Assembly: GCA_040954595.2 (NCBI GenBank)
Contig: CM082578.2
Location: forward strand, 15,298,998 to 15,362,997
DNA: 64,000 bases
Direction of reading: 5' to 3'
Source: Balanoglossus misakiensis
Lineage: Eukaryota; Animalia; Hemichordata
Each line of letters begins with the position of its first letter. Position 1 is the stretch's first letter. Below the pieces are notes generated by a model. The model made no database searches, was not told the DNA's origin, and worked only from the letters and a program-made list of their open reading frames with translations. Made by a program: the position numbers and the translations under genes. This document shows positions 24,101 to 37,175 of this stretch, in pieces.

Positions 24101-27100
24101 GCTGCAATCTGCTGCACTTTCATGACCCCCGTGATATCTTACTAGTACATCCTAACATATAAACATACCTTGGCTAGCGAAGATGGCCGTGTATAAGTAA
24201 AACCGACGAATATTCGTGCAAATTAAGACATGTACACCTAACCCCAGACCTGTGGTCGTTCTTATGGCTTCAAGCGTCTCCTATGCTCAGGCTACAGTAC
24301 TCATTCCTGCCAAGGTAATTGCCTATAGAATTGGCCTAAACGTGTACGATGATTGGATTTTGAAACCTTTCAGTTATTAATTTCCAAAACAGATTCAGCT
24401 TCATATACAGGAGCACAGGGTAATCCGACAACAAAAACAATAATTACCAGTTAATTGTGTAAATCGACGATGTTCAAAATGAGATCATTTTCCCACCTTA
24501 ATTTGATAAATTCTACACGTTGCCATGACATTTCAAAGCAAACGTACTTTGCACGTACACAATGGAAGCATTGGAGATTTCCAGTAATTCGTCATGCATA
24601 AATTAACAGTTGATGTTTATCAGTAAAGTCGCTTGGCAACCAAGGCAGGTTAACGTACGTTCAATAAACACGATTGTGTCTTGTCATTATGCCCGTTCTG
24701 CCTTCATGCGTCACACTTTCTCTTGACGCCACCACCTTACAAGCTATCTTGAAAAGTGCAAGAAACACCTTGAAAGAAACGTCCCATGACTATCCCTGTA
24801 TCATCCACAGCGAGTGAAATACGCTTGCCCGAGCGTTACATTCAGTTAACATTACACATACATGTACTAAAACGTTAATTGTTGCTTTCAGGTGAAATAC
24901 ACTCACGCATAGAACATGCTTCAAGCAGGGATTAATGGAGGTCACCCACTAAGCAAAGGTTGAAAGGCAAAAGGCATCGCAATCAAGAATTCGATGGCGT
25001 TTTTTTCCATCCTCTCAGCATTTTGTCAGATGCATTTCTATCCAGATACAGTGCGGCATGGACAGAGGCATGCGAATGTGAACTGAATGTATAAACTCAC
25101 TACAGTCTTGTGAACACAGGGCTCAGATTGATAGACAGCGAAAGTGGCAAACAGGCAGACGAAGGACACAAGATTGACGTTAACCTGATAGAGCAATTGA
25201 TCTTAAAAGCATCTAAAGCTCTCTTATAGAGACACAATTAGACTGGAAACCATGGTCGATTAGGCATGTGTGTACTCCATGATTCAAATTTAATATCCTT
25301 GTAACCTGCATCTAAAGTAGACAACGCATTAACTTTGGAATGGACACTTTCAACATAAATGAATAGAGACTCTCTGAAAGTCTGCCTTGGCAAACACCCA
25401 GTATTCCTCCGTAAAAGACCCCCCATATAGAAATGTAGGCTTAGCGTCGGCCATTGGAGAGTACAGTCATGTTTCTTACTCGGAATATTCCCAATCAGAG
25501 CTTTGACAAAACTATAGATACGCACAAAACCATATGACAAGTGTCGCATGGGGGCGTGGTAGACACATTACATTCATGCATTCGTGCCTGCATGTATGCA
25601 TACATACACGAAAATTCATAACCTTATACTACTGGTAATAAACTATTGTAAATTAATATCATAATCGACATGACTGGTTATTAAGAGTTATTGAATTACC
25701 CCCAACCAGTTGGTGTTCTTACACGACTTGGCTGTGTAACATAACTAATCAGGATAATGAACTCGACTAGTCCTCATGGGCTAAATTGTTTTAAACTCAA
25801 CTTAATTTCAGTTATATCTCAGTCACAAGCGATTGACGACGCCGTCTTCTTGTTCATAATCACACGAAAGTATTAGTTCGGCCTCAACTCTCTGTTTATA
25901 ATTAGCACTCATGGGGTAGGATTAGATAGTGCCAGTTATAGTGCCCTAGGTGCTACTGGTATTACCCAGAGGGGACTGACAGCAACCAAGGCGATAAACT
26001 GAACACTTTGTTGAGCGCAAGATTTCTACCTTTGCATTTGTTTGGACAATGAATAATTATTTGAATGCATTTCCTCTTTACATAGTTTGGGATGAGTAAC
26101 TGATCTCTAAAGAGAGACTTGCATTCGGCGTAAAAGTGTATTTTGCTTGAAGCATTGCGAACAACAAATATGCATTCCAACCGATCATCGAATTCATGTG
26201 CAGCTGACACACGAACAATGTGGTCGAAAGATGCATACCACTCTATGGTTTCGCCATTCATTACACATTCATGATGAAATATGTACAACCTTTCGAGCAA
26301 TTATAAATTAGTAAAATTACCTGGGCAGCGAAGCTTTCCTTTAAAATATTCGCCAACATTCTGTGTGTGAAAGAGTACAGAAAAAAAGCATTAATCTAAA
26401 TCTTGTCTCATAGGAAATACACGTTAATTAATCTCTTTTCTTCGTTTGTCAACTTGTGGTCAAAACTGGCGAATACCAATGGTGAATACCAGTCTAGCTT
26501 GGAGACAGTACAGATTTCGCATTGCTTCAGCGTCACGGCCTGGGGCGTGGCCGTATGAAGAACGTTGACGTGGGCTTCAATTACCTGTATCAGTCCGTTG
26601 TTTGGCGAAATGGCAACGTCGCTCCTTGCGCACCTCCGTTTCACATTCGATAACGCAGACGAAATACATGCACAGCAGTACTTGTCAGTTCACAGTCGAC
26701 ATGGGGGGAAACTACCAAACGTCAGAGAGGCGTGCTCCTCTCGTGTGTCATGCAGTGCCCCATGTGAATTCTGGGAACATGGCTTTATTATACCACCTGG
26801 CTGAATAATATGCAAATGACCACCTTCAACCGGTGTTCTGGTGCAAGATATTTAAACACACGCCCAGCGACGACGTGCAATTACATAATGAACCTCTCGA
26901 ACCGAGGGAGATTTTGAGTGTTGGAAAAGGAAAAGAGTAATTCGCTAAACTGACCTTGAAGATTAACCAAACGGTGACGTGTCTTTTGTAGCTAAAAGGA
27001 AAAAAAATCGATGAAAACTGATGACTTCACAAGATATCAATCACATTTGCATATATTTCCTAATGATGAAGTCAGATAAGTGCTGAAAGTTGTGTGTTAA

Positions 27101-27453
27101 TTCACAGACCTTAGAGTGTAAAAAAAGCAAGCTGACGTTATAAACCAAAAGCCACAGATCAGACGATTTACAGTCTTTTCATTACATACCTTATCATTTG
27201 TGTTATCTCCACATGGGGCATACTCTGATTCCCTTAATACTGATGTGTCAAGCCAGGCGCTGAATATAGGTTTCGATTTGAGTAGATATAAAGTTAGGCA
27301 CAGATTCCCAGTCACGGTACTACACCATTCATCTACTTCTACATGTCCTTTTTCTTTGACGTTTTTTTCTTGGGGAAAGCTAGATTCATTTCAACATTTT
27401 GGTATCTGGTGATGACTAATACAAAATTTCTCAAAAATATTATTCAAGTTTCT

Positions 27454-27461
27454 GATGATGA

Positions 27462-27495
<34 letters not shown>

Positions 27496-27522
27496 GGTGG
27501 TGGTGGTGGTGGTGGTGGTGGT
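27454..27522. repeat. Compound microsatellite (GAT)9(GGT)14
   Basis: Directly visible. Confidence 0.97.
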
Positions 27523-27570
27523 GATGCCGTAGATGAGTGATAAGTGAACACATTCACCTGACAAACTCTC

Positions 27571-27684
27571 TCAGAGATTAGTCTTGAGCTTAACCCTGAA
27601 AACACTCTTCTTCGTTGAAAGGGATGCCGAACAGATAACAGGGGGCAGTTGGTTCTGCCACAGTATTGATGGATAATTGGAAAA
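27571..27684 (-). mobile_element. Possible degenerate 3' end of a CR1/L2-like LINE ORF2
   Basis: Minus frame reads FSNYPSILWQNQLPPVICSASLSTKKSVFRVKLKTNL*, resembling the W-N-x-LP...SL..FK..LK C-terminus of LINE RTs. It is followed on this strand by a (CAC)n(CAT)n tail. Confidence 0.35.
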
Positions 27685-28514
27685 TAATCTAGACTTGAGT
27701 CTGATCACAATATGAAATGAGAAGGCTGCAGGCAAAGAGCACTGGAAATGTCACATTCAGCTGTTGCTAGGGGCAATGTTGACTGCAGATTAAAACACTG
27801 GTATTGGAGAATATGAGTCTGACCTAGATTACCGTTATAGGACGAGAAATGCCATTTACAGGCATCTGATATTATCAGAATAATCTTACGTCATTTTTAG
27901 ATACTGTATCAGTTTTTCTCATTTTTTATTTCATTAAAAGAAAGTATAAATTGGGTTGCAACTTACTGAAATTAGAGTACAAAGTAGATCATCATTAGTG
28001 AAAATTAAATCTGTTTTCATAAGTACATGTACACTGATAAAATTAAGAAGCCATACAGAAGACACTGGGAAAGTATCGTATAAATGAGGCAGTATATATG
28101 CAAATTCAGAAGAAAAAAAAAACGAGTCAATGACCGAGTCCTCCCTGATCAATAAATTAAGAAAATATTGTTGAAAGAAATAATTGTGGAATGGAATGAT
28201 TTAAAATTGGCTGAAACATGTGTTGAGAAAATACATGTAGTTCTGGGCAAAACAAAATGGCTGTCCAATGGCCATATTGGATTGTGTTGGGACACATCAT
28301 GGTACATTGTCTTCACACTAAGCTTAAGAGAAACTTGGCTCCAAACATGAATGGCAGCCTTGCAGCCATTATTGGATCATATCATAAAATGAATTGAAGT
28401 GTACATTGATTGGATGCACAAACTGAAGGACTGATGGAGCCGAATCCCTCAGTCACCTGGACTTTGTCAGCAGAGACCAAAAAAATCAAACATAAAACTC
28501 TTGTCTTTTTAAAT

Positions 28515-31500
28515 TCACCATACCATGGTATTATGTTCTTCAGGTAGATCAGTAATATTCTGGAGTTCTTTCAAACCCTGAATGAATGATAAAATCAGAA
28601 CACTGTTTATTAGATCCAAAAATATTCAAGATATGTTAACAACAAATAATCAGGGAAACACATCCTGGCATTAAAAACAGAATAAATGAATGATGTATGC
28701 TTACCTCAAGTACCAATTTGATATGAGCTTTTATTTTGGCCGAGTCTTTTGTTAACTTTTCGCTGGATCTGTAAAATAAAAGTAAAATTTACAAAACTAT
28801 TGTACTGCTCCACAGAAAAATACATCCCCCTCCTTTTTGCATAAGGGCTAATGAATACAAATTTGTCAGGTGATATCTTGGGCAATATGCAGACAAGATC
28901 TCCATTCCAACCTATCATCAGTCTTTGACTGAACATAAACCTTAATTGAAGAAGGAAATTCTCAAACCTGATATATTGCAGTTTAACAAATGGTATTAAG
29001 GAAAGTAGTTCACACATTGCCAAAGGCATGCAGTGTAACTTATTTATGGAATGTATTTAGATTGACTAGACTTCAAAATATCTCATCAGGCTTAATCATT
29101 TAATCCAGTGATGGATTAGGTCTAGAAGCATACCACTATTCAACTTCACTGAATGAAAATCATGGAGCCTATCAAACTCTTATCAAGAAACAGGATGAAA
29201 AATGTTCACTTTGAATTCAGGTTATTTAACTATGCTATAGCAATTCTTCTTGTTGACTGTAGCCATATTTATCAGCATGATCAAATAGTCTCTGGTTTAT
29301 GAGACTGCAAGTGTCATCATTTGTCATCTAATAAGGCTGGCGATCCAGGTTACCATGACAATGGACCTAGGGGTGAATTACAACGACATGAAATCATAGC
29401 ATTTCCATGGTAAGGATGATCCCCTGCATGTATTAACGCCCTTGAAACCCATTAGTGGTCAGCAGGACTTGTCCAACATTCACCTTGTGTGAGGTATCAT
29501 TAATTTGTTCATGTAAACTAATCGGATATGAAACTGACCCTGACAACAATTAATAAAAACATTCATGTTGCTGTATACATGTACTTATAATTCTTGCTAA
29601 AAGCTGTAGGCCAAAATGTTGCAGAATCCAACAACTAGACTGTAGACTAGTTTTTATTGACAGATGCGACTGCACATGGTATGCTAATGCCTCACATGCA
29701 GCTAAATACTAGTAATGCATGCTGAGTTTCTACCAATATGTTAGAGTTAACCTGCCTACACCTTGCTGTACAGTATCGTCACATTAGCCTTACGTGTCTT
29801 AATAACACCCAACGTCAACTAAAAAATAAAGAGGTGATAAAGGCAAAGGTTAAAAGTCTCTATTTTGAAAAGATAACTTACTCTGTCAGTTGGCTAATCT
29901 TCTTTTCAATAAACTTCAGAGCCTCTGGCAACGTAAACTCAACAAAGAACCCGAAACCCACGGCAACAAAGATTCTTGATGCATCCGGTCTGTGAGTAAT
30001 AAAAACGAGTTGTGATTTTACTGCCTCTACAATTGATGCTGACAAGATAGATTGCTACACTGTACAAGGTTAATGATCAGTTGACATGAAATCTAACTTA
30101 TTATGCTATTCGTATTATTCCACTTTTGTGACATATTCAGAATTTTGCAAAAACTTTTATTTACTATTGAATTTTCACTGAATTTTCATGTGCTTTAAAC
30201 AATGTGCTATGGTTACATCAAAGCCTACAATCAGACACATATTGACCAGGATACCAAGATCCATTTCAAGTAATTAAAGTAATCAATCAACTTCACAAAA
30301 ACTCACTCAACTTATAGCATAAGTGTTCATTTGCCTTTTAAACCATAAAGTAGATTCCTTGAAAATACAAGTGGGTAAAACTTTTCACTAAGGATAGTCT
30401 CATTCTTGATACTCTGCTGCTTAATACTTGAATGAAACTACAAGCTGCTGATACTTACACTGCTGCTTGAACATAAAAATTGCAACCCAGATCAACTTTC
30501 GTTTTCAGTTCACCTTTCTCGAGCTTCGAATCCTGCCATTGAAAAAAGAATGCACTTGTTCAACAAGGCTTGATCTTTAAATATTCCTTTGGAAAATGTT
30601 ATGCATAATAATAATAATATTGAAAATCAATTTGAATCGATCAAGCATCACCTGTCTGAAGATAACGACATACCGGTATATATTAAACAAAAGATTATTT
30701 TGTAGAGAAATGAGGGCGCTATCTGTTTTTAAAGTTGAGACTTTAGACTCATGCTATACCTGTATTCTCTCAATGACAGTCCTTAGTTGAAGGTACTCAG
30801 AAATTTGACCATAAACTTTGTCCCTTGATTCAAGAACTTTTCTGCAATAAAGAGGAAATAAGAATGATAGTCTTTCAAGTGACACCAGTACTCTCTTTGA
30901 CTAAGTATCTATATAGAAGAAATAGAAGAAGAACCTACAATTAAATTATGTCCGTTACAAAAGGGCGGATGTTATCTGTAATGTTGAATAATGATCATAC
31001 AAACAAAATACCAGGAAGTCACTAAGAGGCAAGAGGTCATGAAAGTGGCCTCTTAGGCTGCATTCACAAACACCTCTGGAGGGGGGGGCAGGAGAATTGA
31101 GGGGGGGGATTTGAAAAAATTGAGGGTATGTGAGGGGGGGGATTTGAAATAATTTAGGGACTGAAAGGGGGGGACTTGAAAACTTTAACGACTAAATATT
31201 TATTTTGAGTCCACAAAATGCAGTTTCGCGCCCTTTATTTTACAAAATTTTCTCATGTGGGAGGGGGACACCCCCTCCCACACCCACCCCCTCCATTCAT
31301 CAACACCTTTCAATCATTGACTGGTTTATCTAGTGTCCCAGGTCAGGGGACTTGCCCCACCCTATGATAACTTTGAGCGCCGACGGTTAAATTTGTCCTC
31401 CCCAACATACCTGTAGTTGAGTTAATTTGCTTTTGCCGGGTTCATTAAAATGCAGCTTTGAGCTCTGTATTTTAGAAAAATTTCTTACGTGGGAGGGGGA

Positions 31501-32164
31501 CACCCCCTCCCAAACCCACCCCCTTCAATTCTCGGTTTACAAAGTCTCCAAACACAGAATACAAATATATGTACTTAAAAAATAAAAACAATGTTCAGTT
31601 TTAATACCCACTGATGAGGGGAAACATCAGTTTCAAATTCTTTTCATGGGAGCGCTGTTTTTCTTTTTACAAGATAGATAGGTGATGTGTTTTGCTCTGT
31701 GAAAGACAATGGGGGGGATTTCAAAATTTTGGCAGTTCGGAAGGGGGGGGATTTGAAAATATTGGCAGTTCGGAAGGGGGGCATGTGAAAATTAGCGGTA
31801 AAAAAAATTGAATTCTCCCGCCCCCCCCTCCAGAGGTGTTTGTGAATGCAGCCTTATACCATAGACAGTAATGCTTTTAACTTCCGGTCACCACAGACAA
31901 GACGATGTGTGTGGTGCCACCTTTCTGTATCCATGGTGACCGGTGTTACGGTAACTCTGCGTGGAGTGGCCGTATTTAGACCTACAGTCCTGCCAGTGCC
32001 ACAATCCCATGCAGAGAGTAATACAGTAGTGTAATACACTACAGCCCATGTATACCCATGGACATACCACATTACCTGAGGTCCTCCCTGAGAACTTCAT
32101 TCACAAATCGTTCGTATTCCACGACCTTGGCCGGGATGTTTGGCTGTCCTTGCGGATGCGCCAT
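28515..32164 (-). CDS. UXT: Protein UXT (alpha-type prefoldin-like), 6 exons, 159 aa
   Basis: Exons 32164-32076, 30841-30760, 30532-30459, 29989-29882, 28768-28705, 28577-28515, all GT-AG and phase-consistent. Translation includes [93 protein letters not shown]. Missed by the ORF track. Confidence 0.95.
31056..31853. mobile_element. PIF/Harbinger-type MITE (798 bp) in UXT intron 1
   Basis: Terminal inverted repeats ggctgcattcacaaacacctctggaggggggg / cccccctccagaggtgtttgtgaatgcagcc, flanked by TTA on both sides (31053-55, 31854-56). No coding capacity. Subterminal gggggggatttgaaa repeats. Confidence 0.88.
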
Positions 32165-32512
32165 TATCAAAAAATGGTTATCAAACTAATGTCTGGTTTG
32201 GCTCGCAGTCATTTTTGTGAATTTCAGCTATGTATTTTTGTTCATGGCAGTAACATTCGCTTACTCACAACATGTGTGTGAACTGTGACATGAGAAGTTG
32301 ATATCAAGGTCAAAGGTCATCCAGCATTTAACATCATGGTCGTATATAAATGTTGGTTCATTCAATATTTATTTTTGCTTAAATAAATATTAATTTTTGA
32401 ACAAAATGCGTCTTTCATCAGTCCATCGCAGCTCCGTTCAGGCGCTGACTGACTCGACTCCATATATTTAAGTCTCGCGGTTTACGGGATCTCACTGTAA
32501 TCAGCTTTCAAC
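32165..32512. promoter_or_regulatory. Putative bidirectional promoter UXT/EMC3
   Basis: 348 bp between the divergent ATGs at 32164 (-) and 32513 (+). Confidence 0.65.
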
Positions 32513-34507
32513 ATGGCGGAGCTTTTGCTCGATACAAATATTAGATTTTGGGTAGTTTTACCCATCGTATGTATTACATTCTTTGTCGGTCTCATTCGTC
32601 ATTATGTTAGCATTCTTCTGCAGTCTGACAAGAAGGTTGATCTACAGCAAGTTTCCGATAGGTAAGTAATAAGCACTAGTCATGGACAATGGTACAGCTA
32701 GCTAGCCATAGCACATACGTACGTACGTACATAGCCTCAATGCTCTTGTCTACAATGCCCCAGCAATCAGCATGGCAAATATATCAGTCACACGGACAGC
32801 CGAGCCATTTCACCATTCTTGCGTGGCTCGCAGTAACGTAGCTCGAGGTTCGATCGTAAAAAGAAGTTTTGATTGCGTGTTGTCAGAGTCATTCATTGTA
32901 AGTGCATGAACATTTATGTATGTAAATTTGCCCACTGAACAACTACATGTACAATTGTATTCCACAGTCAAGCTCTCATGAGAAGTCGACTCCTAAGAGA
33001 AAATGGGAAGTATCTGCCCAAAGAGGTAAGACATGTGAATACAAATATAAACTCACCTAGGCTACAAGTATTGTTCCATGGAAATTATGCATAGGTACTA
33101 GGATAAATGATCATGAACCAAATTTTGCCCAGTGACGACAAATGTGCTCAAGTTGTTTTATACATGTAATGTTATTTCTGTGTATATTCAAGTCCTATGT
33201 ATCCAGGAAGTACTTCTTCAATGATGAAGAGAAAGGGTTTTTTAAGACACAGAAGAGACAAGGTGTTGTGAAAAATCCAATGACAGGTGAGTGAATAAAC
33301 ATATACTGGTGCTATGCTAACCACTGGCACTTGATAGTGTTCCTATGAAAGGTGTTTTAAAATTGAGGAAATGTATATGTTCGTATATGACAATTTGATG
33401 TGCACCTGCATAATGATTTGAATTTGTCTTGTATTGATATGATGAATTTCAACTTTTATGCAGATCCCTCGATGATGACTGATATGTTGAAAGGTAATGT
33501 TACGAACATTTTGCCAATGATAATGATAGGAGGCTGGATCAACTGGACATTTTCAGGATTCATCACAAGTAAGTTTCTGTAGATACAGGGCTATATTATA
33601 ATTTCCATGGAAATCTTTACGATGTTAGGATATATACTTATTGTATTCGCATAGACAGTTGAGCCAGAACATGTGTCATTAATATGCATATCCACAACTA
33701 AACTGAACTGATTCTTCTTTTTCTCTTGACAGCCAAGGTTCCCTTTCCACTCACAATTCGTTTCAAACCAATGTTGCAAAGAGGAATCGAATTAGCCTCA
33801 CTGGATGCATCATGGGTCAGTTCTGCTAGTTGGTATTTCCTGAATGTATTTGGACTGCGTAGTATGTACACACTTATTCTTGGTGAAAATAATGGTAAGT
33901 ATGCAACTTTTTGCAATTTCAAAATGAGATTTTGTGTGCTATTTCCATATACTCAAAGATATAAATTCCTTGTTCCTATTTCAACAGCTGCTGATCAAGC
34001 CCGCATAATGCAAGAACAGATGTCAGGTGGAGGTATGGCTATGCCACCAGATCCTTCAAAGGCATTCAAGGTAAGGGGGTCAACCAGTTTACTTGCATTA
34101 CCCGTATTGCATTTTAAAAATAACAGAGACTGTTGACACTCAAGTGTAATCATAAAACTGCCCCATCAAGAATATAGAACACTTAGCCCTTTGGAATTTG
34201 GAAAACAAATGAAGTCCAGCCACAGCACAGTGATTCCTTATACTATAAAAGGCCCACATTTGTGGATAGGCGCAATTCTACAGATTGTCTGTGCATGTAC
34301 AATACGTTGAGTTGTTTATTGGGAAACAAAATGGACACGAAAGGATAGCTCTGTGTCTCATTTCATTTTGTTGTGTTTATATTCTAGGCTGAGTGGGAAG
34401 CTTTGCAAATCACCGATCACAATTGGATATTAGAGAATGTAGAAGAGGAAGTGCTTGCTAATACACCAGCCTGTGAAGATATCTACGTCAAAGATAAATT
34501 TGCATGA
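32513..34507 (+). CDS. EMC3: ER membrane protein complex subunit 3, 7 exons
   Basis: Exons 32513-32661, 32968-33025, 33193-33286, 33464-33568, 33733-33894, 33988-34070, 34388-34507. Translation includes [119 protein letters not shown]. Confidence 0.97.
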
Positions 34508-35665
34508 TGGAGATTTTGTTGTCAGATTTTGCTACTGTTACTTTTTGTGACAATAGAGTAATGCACATCATTTTATGAGCATTGCAAAGCCCAACACAAG
34601 ATCCAGAGAGATCATCTCTCCACAGAGGAATCTTCAGTAGACTGTTGTATTTAAACTTGTTGCTTGTATGGTCCACCTGTGTTGTCCATTGGAATCTGCC
34701 AAGTGGAACAGCACTTGCCTAATTTTTAAGCCCATGAAAATGTGGGGTTTTTTCTGTACTAGTTGTATTAAAATAAAGAGACAAATAAATGCTGATGTTT
34801 TGCCAAATTGTATCGACTTCTGGTTTTGAGTTAATTATGTGCACCACACTAACATTGAGACATAGCTTGTTAAAATAATTGTATATATATTGGGCTTACA
34901 TGCCAGGGGTTACTCCCATAGAAAGGTGTACTGGTATGTACTGCCTAGAGATGGGCCACTTTTCAAATAACTCTTTTAAGGAATGTTAACTGAAAAATAT
35001 TGTGTTGCAACTGAAATCTAGGTGAAAGGTCAAGTGTGTAGGTCACAAAACAATGTCACCAACCGCCGAGAGACCACGCCTGGCTTACATAAATAGGGTA
35101 CGATTCATTGAAAGATCGGTTGGTATGCCATGCAAACTGTATTCACATTGGGAAAGTAACAGAAAACTACATTAATACCGTGCACAGATCAATATAACAT
35201 TTCTCTACGCGTACAAGGCTGCGAGAACGTTTTATACTGGGAGTGAAATGGATGACGTCTTTCACTATGACGTCACGGGGAATCCCGGTGTCTGCGCGTT
35301 GGGGGAGGGGCGACATGTATAATTCTTGCCAAAATGTCTTAAAATATGATGTAACTATAGTCGACTGCACCTTACCACAATAAAAATAAACACATTTTTG
35401 CGGTATAGTGTTTCAAGAGGGTTGATCTTTATATAATCAAAAGTACGAAGACGATTTTTACTTATAGCTGTCAAATGATGACGTCATTCATATCTATTTA
35501 TAGTTTATGGTGGAAATACCCGATGGCAGGGCCAATTGTGTCCAATGTTGTGAGCGAATTGAATGTGTATTGATGGATCGATTGAAATACCTGCATGAAA
35601 ACAGACGCCCACGATTTAAAGGTCCTGAAATTTGTCGGTCATTCTGCCTGATATACTTCGTACTG

Positions 35666-37175
35666 ATGGGCAGAACTTGGTGTGCATACTGTAAAAGGCG
35701 TGGTCACAGCCTATACGAAGATAGGGTTCGATACATCGAAATCGTCTGCGTGAAATCTAGGATTTGTGGGCGTTGCTACGAAAACAAACAGTTTCTGACC
35801 GACCTTTTTGATGCCAGGAGCAATCTTCCGGCGAACAATGGTGGATTTATCGCCCTTTGTAGAAATCTGTGGGAACTGGATGAAGCACTCGAACCTGGCA
35901 AGGAATACAAACTGAACCCAAGATTCTGCGATTACGACGAGAATGGATTTGGCTCTGTGCAAGCAGACGACAACGGATATAATGAAGGTGCTGCTGCAGC
36001 CGTATGCGCGCGAAGGGGAAGTCTGTTTGATTACCTAGATGAGGCTGTTTTGAAAAATCCCATTTTCAGTTGCTTTATTGGGCTACTGGAGCTGTTTGAT
36101 AAATCTGATTTGGATTTTCGGAGTGATTGCGAGCTGGTCGAAACCTTCTTAGATGAAATAATTCAAACACCTTGTTGCCAGCGGTTGCACTCGTACTTGA
36201 AGGAGAGAGGTCTTGTTGGGGGAGATAAAGTTGACTTCAAAGAAAAATTGAGAAAGATATGGTTTCGTGGATGCAAACATGAAGGAAAGATATCTTGTGC
36301 ATTCCAACGAATCTTTATAGGTGAGGCGACTTACAAAGTCAAGCGCATGTGTGTCGGATTTGTCACACCTAATCATTTCTCTACCAGGCACAGACAACGG
36401 TGATTGTTGTGGTCGAATTTCAGAGTTTAGATCTAAAAAACGTTATATGCTATACGCTGTTTTCACAATGCTACCCACCATTCCCCATGCCCCCCCCCAC
36501 CTCCTCCAGTCCGAGTCGAAAATACGGTCAACCGCTTAAACATTTATCAAAATATCTCTTCATTACCAATGTGTAGGCGAACTGAAGATGAACATCGACA
36601 AAAGTACCGGGAGACTAAACCCGGTTGGTTTTGTATCCGGGATCCACAATTGGGTTCGATTTTATTTATTGGAAAAGAATGGCCATGTCAAATACAACGG
36701 GATCCATGGAAAACAGGTATGTTTACTTATTCCGATTTTATCATTAATTCTGTAGCAGTTTAATGGTTTTCTCGGCATATGCATGGACTGCATGCATACA
36801 AGTGGCCCGTGTCCGACAGCATGTCTCAAATTCTAATTTATGTGGACATCTGTGTGTTAAAGCAATGTGAGCAACAAGCCTGTTCCGTTGATATCTTGAA
36901 AAAAAAATTCCTTATCCTTTCAGTCTCCAAACAGCGACAAGAAGATTATGAACGTGGAATTTTCCTGTCATGATATCATCAAGCCAGTTGGGAGCACCTT
37001 TTTCGGAACTACCCCGGCCTTCGAGATCTGTCTGTATACCGCTGCATTCCTAGGTGGCTGTCGGGAAGGGCATACGTACATCAGACTTGGATCTTACAAT
37101 GTTGATCTCTACTGTCCGTCAAATGTTCCAAACGGTGACGACGAGCTCCTGATCTGTTACCCTGTCGAAGATTAG
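35666..37175 (+). CDS. EndoU/XendoU-family (poly(U)-specific endoribonuclease-like) protein, 3 exons, first catalytic motif degenerate
   Basis: Exons 35666 (or 35507)-36320, 36577-36716, 36924-37175. Motifs: LWELD, LFDYLDE, FLDEIIQT, FKEKLRKIWF, SCAFQRIFIGE (canonical SSGFEHVFVGE), SGIHNWVRFYLLEK, KPVGSTFFGTTPAFEICLYT. Confidence 0.88.

Noticed and set aside
27343-27540. ORF with poly-D/poly-G
   Set aside because: Translation of the microsatellite.
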